NCBI RefSeq assembly: GCF_964355755.1
Contig: NC_092679.1
Location: forward strand, 5,858,201 to 5,922,200
From: Antedon mediterranea
Lineage: Eukaryota; Animalia; Echinodermata
Direction: 5' to 3'
DNA: 64,000 nt
The translations under genes and the position numbers were made by a program. The notes beneath the pieces were generated by a model. The model saw only the letters and a program-made list of their open reading frames with translations, ran no database searches and had not been told where the DNA came from. Below, in pieces: positions 1-11,500 of this stretch. Each line of letters opens with the position of its first letter. Position 1 is the first letter of the stretch.

Positions 1-942
1 TCTGTGATGGGATATGCCGATGATCACTCAGTGTATGATTCATTTAATCCAAATTCTAGTTCTAGTATGGAAAATACAATCACCAAATTACAAGAGTGCC
101 TCATATCCATCAACGACTGGATGAAGTCCAACAGACTAAAAATGAACAGTGAAAAAACAGAGTTCATACTATTGGGAAGCAGAGCTCACCTCCTGAAATG
201 CGAGAAAGATCATATCATCGTATGTCAGGACAGAATACCACGGGGTTCATCTGTAAAATACCTTGGTGTTAATATCGACGACCAGCTATCTTTCAAGAAC
301 CACATACGTGATAAATGCAGAACGATAGCTGTTAATTTATACTATATTCGTCAAATCCGCAAATTTCTCTCCAAGGACCTTTGCCAACAACTAGTTCAAT
401 CGCTCGTGCTGTCACATATTGATTACGCCAATGCATTGTATTATGGTCTACCTGCTAATACCCTTGCTCCAATGAAGAGGTTACTGCACCAAGCTGCGAA
501 AATAATTGTCAGGAAAGGTCGGTATGACAGTGCAACTAACGCCATGCGATCCTTGCACTGGCTTCCGATGTCTCATAGATGTCAATTCAAAATAGCGTGT
601 CTTGTATGGCGTTCGCTTAAAGGTTCCGCTCCAAGTTACCTGAGAGATATTCTTACTGTGCGGAATGTTTCTCGCAGTACTCGTTCAAGGACCAGCAATT
701 ATAACCTGACAATCCCACGAACTAAACGAAAGACATTTGCTGACCGTTCGTTCGCCGTAGCAGGACCCAAAATTTGGAACAGATTACAAAGTCACATTAA
801 ACACTTAGACGACTATAATCAGTTTAAAAAACATTTAAAAGCACTATATTTCAAACAATGTTACGATACTAATTGATGTGAAGCGCCGCTGATTATAATT
901 AAATGTTGTATAAATGTGCGCTATACAAGTAATAATAATAAT
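1..942 (+). mobile_element. 3' end of an L2-group non-LTR retrotransposon (RT C-terminus, 3' UTR, (AAT)n tail)
   Basis: ORF 4..876 has the YADD motif, KYLGV.ID..LSF, SLVLSHIDY.NALY, LHWLP and RSFAVAGPKIWN blocks typical of L2/CR1-group ORF2 ends; followed by a GAAGCGCC...GCGCTATACAAGT 3' motif and an AATAATAATAAT tail at 931-942. Confidence 0.9.
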
Positions 943-1066
943 GTTGTGTTCTAAAGGCGTCCCATAGGATTCTACTGTAATCTCGAGCATCGGTATAGCA
1001 GCTGAATATTCGATATATGTTCGACATTTATGTACGCTTAGTAACAACAGTACATTTTATTTCTAG

Positions 1067-2192
1067 AGAAGGAGAATTTCTACCAAGAGCCTCGGCTATT
1101 GTGGACATCAATATTTACGACAAAGAGAACAAGACAATAAGTACTGAATACGAGATTGTGTTTACTAATATTACGGTAAGTTTTAATATTCGATTATTAT
1201 TTCACTGTTGTGCTACGGTTACTGAATTATATTGTATCAACTTCTTTATAGCACATTTAACATTCGAGATGTTTAATTACATTAAACGAAGACACGACAT
1301 ATCATTGAGATTGTACGATAATCATCTGGTTATATACCATTATGCTCTGTCTATACTATCAATTTTCGCATTTTGAATCCAATTTATTTATGCGATCAAT
1401 ACTAGTGTCAGAACATATATAAAAACAAGTTTAATATTATCAATTACATTTCTTTTAATTGTTAAGAATATGAATCCAGAAAATAAAAGGGGTGTAAAAT
1501 ATTTGCCAGTATGCCATTTTACTAACGATTATGGTCCAAAGACGTAAGTAAAGTTTTTTTTAATTTGCATATTTCCGGACTGCCGTATGTCATCTATCTA
1601 CATTTTATTGACACCAATGAATTTTACATATACATTTACTATAGGCCTATTCACACTAGTATTAAAAGAATGAAACACGGCGTTATTCACAATTTATTAT
1701 CTAACAAAAACGGAACAAGATTGTGAATCCGCCATTAGATATAGTCTGGAAATAAGACAACGTCTTTCATAAGAAAGGTAACATCAACATTAAATTGTAC
1801 TAGTGTGGTATCAATGAAATTCAATTTAGGTTATGGTCCGCGGAAGGCTGTTTGACTTTATATCAGGACGACTACGTCTTCAGTGATGTGACGTGTAAAT
1901 GCAGCCATCTGACGTCATTTGAGAAACATGTGAGAATAAATTAATTTTGTACAAGTTTATTATGGATACACTTATTGATGTCATCATTATTAGGAATCAC
2001 CATAGGAATATCTCAATATGCTTTTGCAAATTTGGATATATTGTTTTCTTTGATAAAATGAAAATCATTGTTGCTGACAATGCTTACGTGTAGTAAGGAA
2101 GAGTTTCAATAACAGAATAAGAAATTTACATTGTTAAAGCAATTCTCTAACACTAGTGCTAGTATCGAAATACAAAATATTGACGGGTGATA
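1067..2192 (+). pseudogene. 3' part of a tandem paralog of the adhesion GPCR lacking the 7TM exons (pseudogene or secreted ectodomain form)
   Basis: Exons 1067-1175, 1467-1543 and 1830-1929 match exons 14427-14535, 15256-15332 and 15440-15554 with intact AG/GT and the same phases (LWSAEGCLTLYQDDYVFSDVTCKCSHLTSFEKH); ~2085-2190 matches the terminal exon 18844-18975 but is degenerate. Confidence 0.75.
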
Positions 2193-3165
2193 AATATGAT
2201 AATTGAATAATCAACATTGATAAATTGAAGATGGATTTACCAGCAGTACAGAAGCAACAAATGAAGTGAAGACATCATGTTCAAGAGAACAATAGACAAA
2301 GTCAGCCATGTTGTGTAATCATACTAAAATTATTTAAGATTCAAGAATCAAGAAATGTTATTGGTCCACTTTAAAATGGAAATCCATTTTGCTTGGTATA
2401 ATTAAGACAATAAAACAACACAGAAAAATATATTAAATTCCAAAAGGCAATGTTAAAATAGAATTGCTAGGCGTTTGTTGATTCGCTCTAGTAATTTGAA
2501 GATGAGGTGGTTCATACCAACACACATTTATGTCTATAGTTTAGTCAAGACAACCACATAAATTGGAGGTGCAGTTACCAGTCATACTGACCAAATAAGC
2601 AAATGGTCTAAAACTAGTAGCAAAGCCAGAAAGAACTGTAAGCAAACAGAAGAACTTTTAAAATATTTGCATTGTAGTTATTATAATAATAATTAAATTA
2701 ATGTTTCGCGTACCCCCGATTTGTAAATTTGTTTTGCATTAATAAAACGCACTGTACAGCAAGGCAAGACTCTGAGTCTGTATTTACGTTTCTTTTTAAA
2801 TCATAACATGTAGCTTGATTGGTACTGTACTACCGGTTTTTTAGAATAGCATGAGTTAGATAATTCTTATTTGAAATACGGATCAGAAATGCAACTCTTT
2901 AAAAAGTATTTGATTCATCGCTGACACGAACGAGGAGTCATTGAAATCATAGATATATTCAGATCAATTTTGGATTAGTCATTTCATTGGAACCAACAAT
3001 AACACGTATTGGCCGTATTCATGCTCGATCAAAAGACAGTAACGAGGTAAGTATTTCGGCGAATTAAACAAATACTTATCATAAGCCTAATTAGGCATAA
3101 AATAGTCAATAAATTAAAATATTTACTTTATCAGAATCTCCTGATGGAGGAATACCACATGGACC
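2085..3165 (+). repeat. Segmental duplicate of the aGPCR terminal exon, 3' UTR and 3' flank (other copy ~18845-20290)
   Basis: Colinear shared blocks, e.g. ATGAAGTGAAGACATCATGTTCAAGAG, CGCACTGTACAGCAA.GCAAGA and ATTCATGCTCGATCAAAAG, occur in both regions. Confidence 0.85.
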
Positions 3166-3379
3166 TTATATAGATTAATTAATTTTCATTTGTTAGTTAA
3201 GTCTATGCATAAATGCATGCACAAATTAACGTTTATAAAATTGATATTTAGGTAAAGTAAAATATAACTTGCCTGAAAGAGATAAAAAGAGTTATAAAAT
3301 TAAGAATTCTGTGGTAAATTATACGTACATTGTTAAGGATTGAAAAACGTGTAAAGAGTGTATAACATAGAGGAATTTT

Positions 3380-3519
3380 TTTGTACTGAAAGTTAGTTAA
3401 TGTCAATTATATTGTATTGTATCATTACATTACTCATGTGCTCAATGTACTCATTGTAAACGAACATTTTATTGATGAAGAAATAAAAGTGGGTCGATCC
3501 TACATAAGACAAAAAAAAA
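3380..3519 (+). mobile_element. Short poly(A)-tailed retroelement 3' fragment; second copy inverted at ~14765-14897
   Basis: CATTGTAAACGAACATTTTATTGATGAAGAAATAAAAGTGGGTCGATCCTACATAAGAC(A)n appears here and as its reverse complement at 14770-14840. Confidence 0.7.
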
Positions 3520-4198
3520 GTCTATGCATGAGCAAGGTATTTTGTCCATGGTCTGGTGTAAAACTAAACTGTTGGTTACAATGTTTGGATGAACATTGAC
3601 CAAATAAATGAGAGGAAATAGCAGGATCCCTGACAGCTAAAATGAAATAATTTTGCTATGTACTGGTATTTCTTGACAAACCTTTGATATGTTCCTATTA
3701 AAATGGTTGCAACGGAATTCCAGAACATTAAAAGTGAGATTTGAGAACGAGGCAAAGTTAAGCTGCCATGTAAAGGTCTTGTTGAATTGTTTGTTTTACA
3801 CTAGGAGAGTACATTGACCAATATTGTAAGCGATAATGATTTGTCACTTGTGATTGGTCAAACATTTGTCCTATGTGTCCAATTGTAACTTTAAATGGCA
3901 CAATAGTTGGTTTAACTCCTGAAATGCATTTACGCGCAACTATCGATGTAACAGCCCATACGGATGTTTGTGGAGTTAGTAAAACAGATTTCTCAAACAA
4001 ATTATATATGCTAAATACAATGGCCCAGCTCCAGATGACGTATTTAAATGCACGTCAGTGATTGGTTGAAACGGAATAAAATGTCTGATATATGTAATTC
4101 AATGGAAATTTTAATTGGAAAATACTGACGCAAATGTTTAAGATGTCAAATAAAGCTCCGGATTTTTAGTCGCGTGCTTATTAGTCTTCTATCTTATT

Positions 4199-5436
4199 AG
4201 TTTCCATTATTTATAGAATGTTGACAGTGAATAAAGAGACACTAATTACAAAATGTTAAACGTTTACTTTTCATTTGTTCATAATGACATTCTACTTTCA
4301 GTTGGAAACAGTTTTTGTAAACTTAACAATATAATTGCTGTCCGTGGTTACAGACTTTGTAATCTATCAAAATGTATTCAGATTAGTTTACTATTTTCCA
4401 AAACTAATTATTACTTTCAAGTTTCCATTATTTATAGAATGTTGACAGTGAATAAAGAGACACTAATTACAAAATGTTAAACGTTTACTTTTCATTTGTT
4501 CATAATGACATTCTACTTTCAGTTGGAAACAGTTTTTGTAAACTTCAAAATATAATTGCCGTCCGTGGTTACAGACTTTGTAATCTATCAAAATGTATTC
4601 AGATTAGTTTACTATTTTCCAAAACTAATTATTACTTTCAAGTTTCCATTATTTATAGAATGTTGACAGTGAATAAAGAGACACTAATTACAAAATGTTA
4701 AACGTTTACTTTTCATTTGTTCATAATGACATTCTACTTTCAGTTGGAAACAGTTTTTGTAAACTTAAAAATATAATTGCCGTCCGTGGTTACAGACTTT
4801 GTAATCTATCAAAATGTATTCAGATTAGTTTACTATTTTCCAAAACTAATTATTACTTTCAAGTTTCCATTATTATAGAATGTTGACAGTGAATAAAGAG
4901 ACACTAATTACAAAATGTTAAACGTTTACTTTTCATTTGTTCATAATGGCATTCTACTTTCAGTTGGAAACAGTTTTTGTAAACTTAAAAATATAATTGC
5001 CGTCCGTGGTTACAGACTTTGTAATCTATCAAAATGTATTCAGATTAGTTTACTATTTTCCAAAACTAATTATTACTTTCAAGTTTCCATTATTTATAGA
5101 ATGTTGACAGTGAATAAAGAGACACTAATTACAAAATGTTAAACGTTTACTTTTCATTTGTTCATAATGACATTCTACTTCATTCAGTTGGAAACAGTTT
5201 TGTAAACTTAAAAATATAATTGCCGTCCGGGGTTACAGACTTTGTAATCTATCAAAATGTATTCAGATTAGTTTACTATTTTCCAAAACTAATTATTACT
5301 TTCAAGTTTCCATTATTTATAGAATGTTGACAGTGAATAAAGAGACACTAATTACAAAATGTTAAACGTTTACTTTTCATTTGTTCATAATGACATTCTA
5401 CTTTCAGTTGGAAACAGTTTTTGAAAACTTAAAAAA
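4199..5436. repeat. 221-bp tandem repeat, about 5.5 near-identical copies
   Basis: Unit beginning GTTTCCATTATTTATAGAATGTTGACAGTG recurs every ~221 bp; this explains the repeated 75-aa ORFs at 4253, 4474, 4695 and 4915. Confidence 0.97.
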
Positions 5437-5561
5437 TGTAATTGGTTTAGAAGTGTTCTAATAGTTTCATTACAGTTTTTTAATAAGTAGTTTAGTATCT
5501 TTTGCAAGTTACCATTTCCATGATAGACTGCAGTTGCCATATTTGGATATTTTGTCACAAG

Positions 5562-8500
5562 ATGGAGGTGTTAAAGTCTACATTAGTCTCTTATTTTACA
5601 ATATTATATGCTTTTGGTAAGTTTTTTTAAATAAAATTAATCAAGATGCAACATTTTACTTGTTATGTTTGTTGGTTTATAAGAATGCTTGTTGCCAAGA
5701 AACATTAGTTTGTAAAGATGAAGGCGATGGAGCTATTACAATTTCAGAGTCTAATGTTAATAATATCTCAACAGGTGATAAAGCTCCTTAATATTGATAA
5801 GACCATTATTTATTTTTTGTTTGTATTCAACATCATCTAAGAGCGACCATGGTGATCTAGGACAGGAATTAATAAAACAATACAAGTTTAAATAAAACTT
5901 CAAATCTACAACGAAAATATTTATCCAAAAAATTACCGATAAAAGGATTGTAAATAGAATTAAATTTGTATATAGAGACGACAGATAATCATAATTTTTA
6001 GTAATATAAACCCCTCCTGGCGGCGGATGAAATAAACTGAGAACAAAGAACTCTCAAAATTGCAATAAAATAAATCAATCAATAGGTTTTTGGATCTTGT
6101 ATCAATATCTCAATATGTATTACTTTTTGAAAATGAGAAGAAAAAGATTCAACATAATATGTTCTTTGTTTAATAGGCAATCAGTGCAATCTAAACCAGT
6201 TTCAGTGTGGACACGGCAAATGTATATCTGAAGGATACGTATGTGATAAGAAAAGTGATTGTCTTGATTATAGTGATGAAATCGGCTGCAGTAAGTATAG
6301 TATATTTAGTTGCACCACTTTAAATCCTGTTTGCCGAAATATAGTTTTCCGAAATAAAGTTTCCTAAAATCCAGTTTGCCGAAATATTGTTTCCCAAAAT
6401 TAAATCTAGTTTCTCAAAATCCAATTTTCAAAAATCCATTTTGACGAAATCTAATTTCCCAAAATCCAGTTTGCCGAAATCTAGTTTCCCCAAAGCAGTT
6501 TCTCAAAATCCAGTTTGCCGAATCCAGTTTTCCGAAATCCAGTTTTCCGAAATCCAGTTTCCCGATAATCCACGTTGCCGAATCCAGTTTTTCAAAATCC
6601 ATTTTCTCGAATCAAGTTTGCCCAATTCAGTTTTCCAAAATCCAGTTTGCCGAATGAATTTTCCCTAAAGCAGTTTCTCGAAATCCACGTTCCCGAAATC
6701 TAGTTTGCCGAATCCAGCTTGTCTACTACATTATATACCATTATTATGAACTGGTATTTTAGTCACTACGCGCTAAACTTAGTCTATTACTAATAACCAC
6801 CTTAAATTTCATTTCATTTTCATTTCATTTATTTATTTCACTTTACAAATATATAAATATAAAGTGGAGGAGCCTAAAAGAAAGCAAAGCTTGTGGTGAA
6901 TAGGCTCCTCAAAACAAAACAAATAAAATATAAATAATATAACACAATTAGAAACTCCAAAAAAACAACAATTAAACTAATATCTTTTCTCTAACACATA
7001 AGTTTAACATGTTTAAAACTTAAAAAAACAAGTAAAAAATAGATTATATAAATTATTTAAGAAATATCAAATATATCAATAATAAAAGAATTTACAAAGA
7101 ACCCTTCAACCAATAATAGTTTAAATTGACGTTTAAATAAAGCACAGTTATGAGATTTTTTAAGAGATAAAGGAAGAGAATTCCAGAGTTTAGGTCCAGT
7201 GTATACAAGGGTATAATTCATTTTAAGACTAGTTCGAGTAAATGGCAGGTGAGACTGATCTTTTTGTCTTGTTTGGTGAGTGTGGTATTGTTTATTTTGA
7301 GTGAATTTACTGGATATTATAGGTGGTAAGTGTCCGGCGGTTAATTGAAACATGATGACACCAACATTAAATCTATAAAGATCCTCAATTTTTAATATTT
7401 TATTTTTTTGAAAGAGATCTTGGGTGTGAGCACGAAAAGTTACCCCTGAGATAATTCTGACAGCTCGTTTCTGGATTAATAAAATTTTAGTAATAATTGA
7501 TTTTGAAGTACTATGATAACAATGAGAACTTTTATACTCATACATATTCATACTCATACATATTCGTACTCATACATATTCGTACTCATACATATTCGTA
7601 CTCATACATATTCGTACTCATACATATTCATACTCATACATATTCATACTCATACATATTCATACTCATACATATTCATACTCATACATATTCGTACTCA
7701 TACATATTCGTACTCATACATATTCGTACTCATACATATTCGTACTCATACATATTCGTACTCATACATATTCGTACTCATACATATTCATACTCATACA
7801 TATTCATACTCATACATATTCATACTCATACATATTCATACTCATACATATTCATACTCATACATATTCGTACTCATACATATTCGTACTCATACATATT
7901 CGTACTCATACATATTCGTACTCATACATATTCGTACTCATACATATTCGTACTCATACATATTCATACTCATACATATTCATACTCATACATATTCATA
8001 CTCATACATATTCATACTCATACATATTCATACTCATACATATTCATACTCATACATATTCGTACTCATACATATTCGTACTCATACATATTCGTACTCA
8101 TACATATTCATACTCATACATATTCATACTCATACATATTCGTACTCATACATATTCGTACTCATACATATTCGTACTCATACATATTCATACTCATACA
8201 TATTCGTACTCATACATATTCATACTCATACATATTCATACTCATACATATTCATACTCATACATATTCATACTCATACATATTCATACTCATACATATT
8301 CATACTCATACATATTCATACTCATACATATTCATACTCATACATATTCATACTCATACATATTCATACTCATACATATTCATACTCATACATATTCATA
8401 CTCATACATATTCATACTCATACATATTCATACTCATACATATTCATACTCATACATATTCATACTCATACATATTCATACTCATACATATTCATACTCA

Positions 8501-11500
8501 TACATATTCGTACTTTCAAAATATAAACTTCATACCATGCCCATAATATTTCACATTTTAAATTCGAATAATTATCATATTACATCCAGCAAACTTTGTT
8601 TTATTAGCGTACATTTCTAGAAATGTATTGCTATTCCAAACCTGGATTCGGGAAGTCAGGGTTTGACAAACTTGAGTTTGACCGGTTGGTACCGGGATTG
8701 AGGTAAACACGAATAATGAAATATAAAGGTAAAGGTGAGTCTCGTGTTCTCTGAACGTAGGGAAATGAGCTGTTAGGAGCTCATTGTACTAAGCCTCTGC
8801 ATTATGTGGGGTGGCCAGTTCCTTTCCACGCCGCCTTTTTCTCCCTATATAGTATTTTCAACCAGGTACTCATTTACAGCTGAGTGGACTGGGAGTTGTC
8901 GAGAATTGAACCCAGTCAAGTGTCCTAACCACTCGGCTATCCAACGAAATATGTATATTCCGTTTTTACAGCTCAACACGTGTGCAACGATGAACAATTC
9001 AATTGCTCATTTGGAGGAGAATCCCTTGGTTGTATTCATAAGAACGCAGTTTGTGATGGTGGATTATCCAATTGTGTTTTGAGTTTAGATGAATCAAATT
9101 GCGGTAAATACTCATATTTTATATTTATAAATGTTTTAAATTATTTGTAATGATTCTCAATCAATCATTATTATAATATCACGTGTATTACAGATGAATG
9201 CATACTGACGGAAATGCCATGGATTCTGAAGTACATTGATAGATAATCAATACTCTTTCTCAAACGTTGATTAACGCACAATGAGCGACACTATCAAAAC
9301 AAAAAAAGCTGCAAGTTTGTCACACCGTCATGTTTGCACTCTTTGAAAGTTCTAACTAATCACAGTTTAGCACAGACACGTTGAATGTCATCGACTAATC
9401 AATTACGGTTAAAAATGTACCAAACGTTTTTCTCACCAATTATGTAGAATACAGGCTGAAATTAAATTTCTTATATATTGCGGTTGTTATTTTAAGTTTT
9501 ATTCGGGCAGAGACTTCTCTTTTTGCTGCACATTATTCTAGACAACAACGTTCTAAAACTTTCTTTAAAACAACGATTTACTTTTAAACTAAACATTTTT
9601 CTTACGTAGATGGTTATGAGTGCAGTGAATTGCAATTTCGATGTTCAAGTGGGCAATGTATTCCTGAAATGTTTTTATGTAATAAAAGAACTGAATGCAG
9701 AGACGGATCGGATGAGCTTAACTGTTGTACGTTTACTAAGCTTATGTTATATATTATTTATTTCAATATAATGTGTAACAGAATTATAAAAAGAAAATAA
9801 CAGAATTTGGTAATACGAACTTTATCTAAGGTGGTCATTGTACACATCCAGATTAATACACAGGGGTGGAAACAAAAAGTCTTGGCGAACTTTGTAAAGC
9901 TCTGTCTACAATATCAAACTAGTTTGACGAAAAAAATATCCCCAAATATGGTAGTGATTTGCTCAAATATGGTAGTGATATGAAATAGTGTCCATATATG
10001 GGCACATGACATTTTTTTCACATAAAGTTTGATAGTGCAGACAGATATTATATGGCCTGAAAGGTTTGGGTATATATAAAACACTATTGTAGTTAAATTT
10101 TTTTTATACGCAAACACCAAATGTGGTTGTACTGCAATTAGAAATGCCAACCAATCTTTACAATTCTAATATGTATAGATTACCACGAGTGCGATATATT
10201 TCATTTCATATATAGATTACCACGAGTGCAATTCCATTTCATCAGTATATAGATTAAACAGTGTCCGATACATTTCATTTCATCAGTATATATAGATTAC
10301 CACGAGTGCGATATATTTCATTTCATCAGTATATATAGGTTACCATGAGTGCGATATATTTTATTTCATAAGTATATAGATTACCACGAGTGCGATATAT
10401 TTCATTTCATCTTATATAGGTTACCATGAGTGCGATATATTTCATTTCAAATGTTTAAATGGATCATGTGTTGAAAATCTTGAAACTGTTCTATGTGTTA
10501 ACGACTCTGAGTGTATTGATATATCAGATGACATAGATTGTTGTAAGTTGTATTTTATTACCTGATACATTTACGCTTATTTCGAAAGGAGAAAATGTCA
10601 AAAGGGGAGCAGTCCTCTGCTCATTATTCTCCGTTTCGCCTTTTCTATTAATACTTAAAAATGTATTGTCCCTTGAAAAATAATTTTTTACAATTTTTTC
10701 TGTTTAATATGCCATTTTAATGTCACATAATAATTATCCACTTTGACCCCAAAATTTGATTTTAAAAAAAAGTATTTACCTGAAAAAACTGTAATTTAAT
10801 GCAACAAATTTTTGGAATATACAAGTCTGTAGATATCCTCATCTGGTTGGTCAGCCTCTTTCTTTGCCCTGTCAAACCCTCTCTTGACCATCTGTCTCAA
10901 TATTTTATGTCAACACGATTCCAGCTCTTTATTTCATTCTCATTTGGAAACCATGCTTGTGTACCATATAAGAACCTGGATCTTACGCAGGCCTCTAAAA
11001 TTTTCTTTCTTGTCTTCATATAGACATCATGATCTTTTAAAACTTCTTTTAATTCATGGAACTTTCCTACAGCACTTGATGTTCTATGGTCAGTGAAGCA
11101 GCCATCCTCTCTATTTGCGATTGTATGCCCCAAATAAACAAAGTCTCTTACATTGTCAATATCCACTCCATTTATGTTCACTAAGGAACTTTTCTCTGCT
11201 AGATGTTGTTCACCAAACACATGAGTCTTCGTATTTTTCAGGGGAACATTAAACCCGTATCTTTTGCAAGTATCACAAATAATGGTCAAGATTTGCTGTG
11301 ATTCTTTAACACATCAGAAATAAATACATGAACCCTGGGCCACGTTTTCTCAGCCAAAATCGATAAGTAACCGAAAAATTAACCAATTAAGTTTATATTG
11401 AAACGGGGTTTAAGCGATGTTTGTTTAAATCGACATTTAATTCTGAAAGAACTGTTGAGTTTCTCGACGTTTTGATCAATATGCTTTGATCCTCCTCAGG

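Noticed and set aside
4253-5142. Four repeated 63-75-aa ORFs
   Set aside because: Incidental ORFs of the 221-bp tandem repeat with no recognisable protein features.
7497-8546. 349- and 337-aa His/Tyr-rich ORFs
   Set aside because: Translation of the 16-bp minisatellite.
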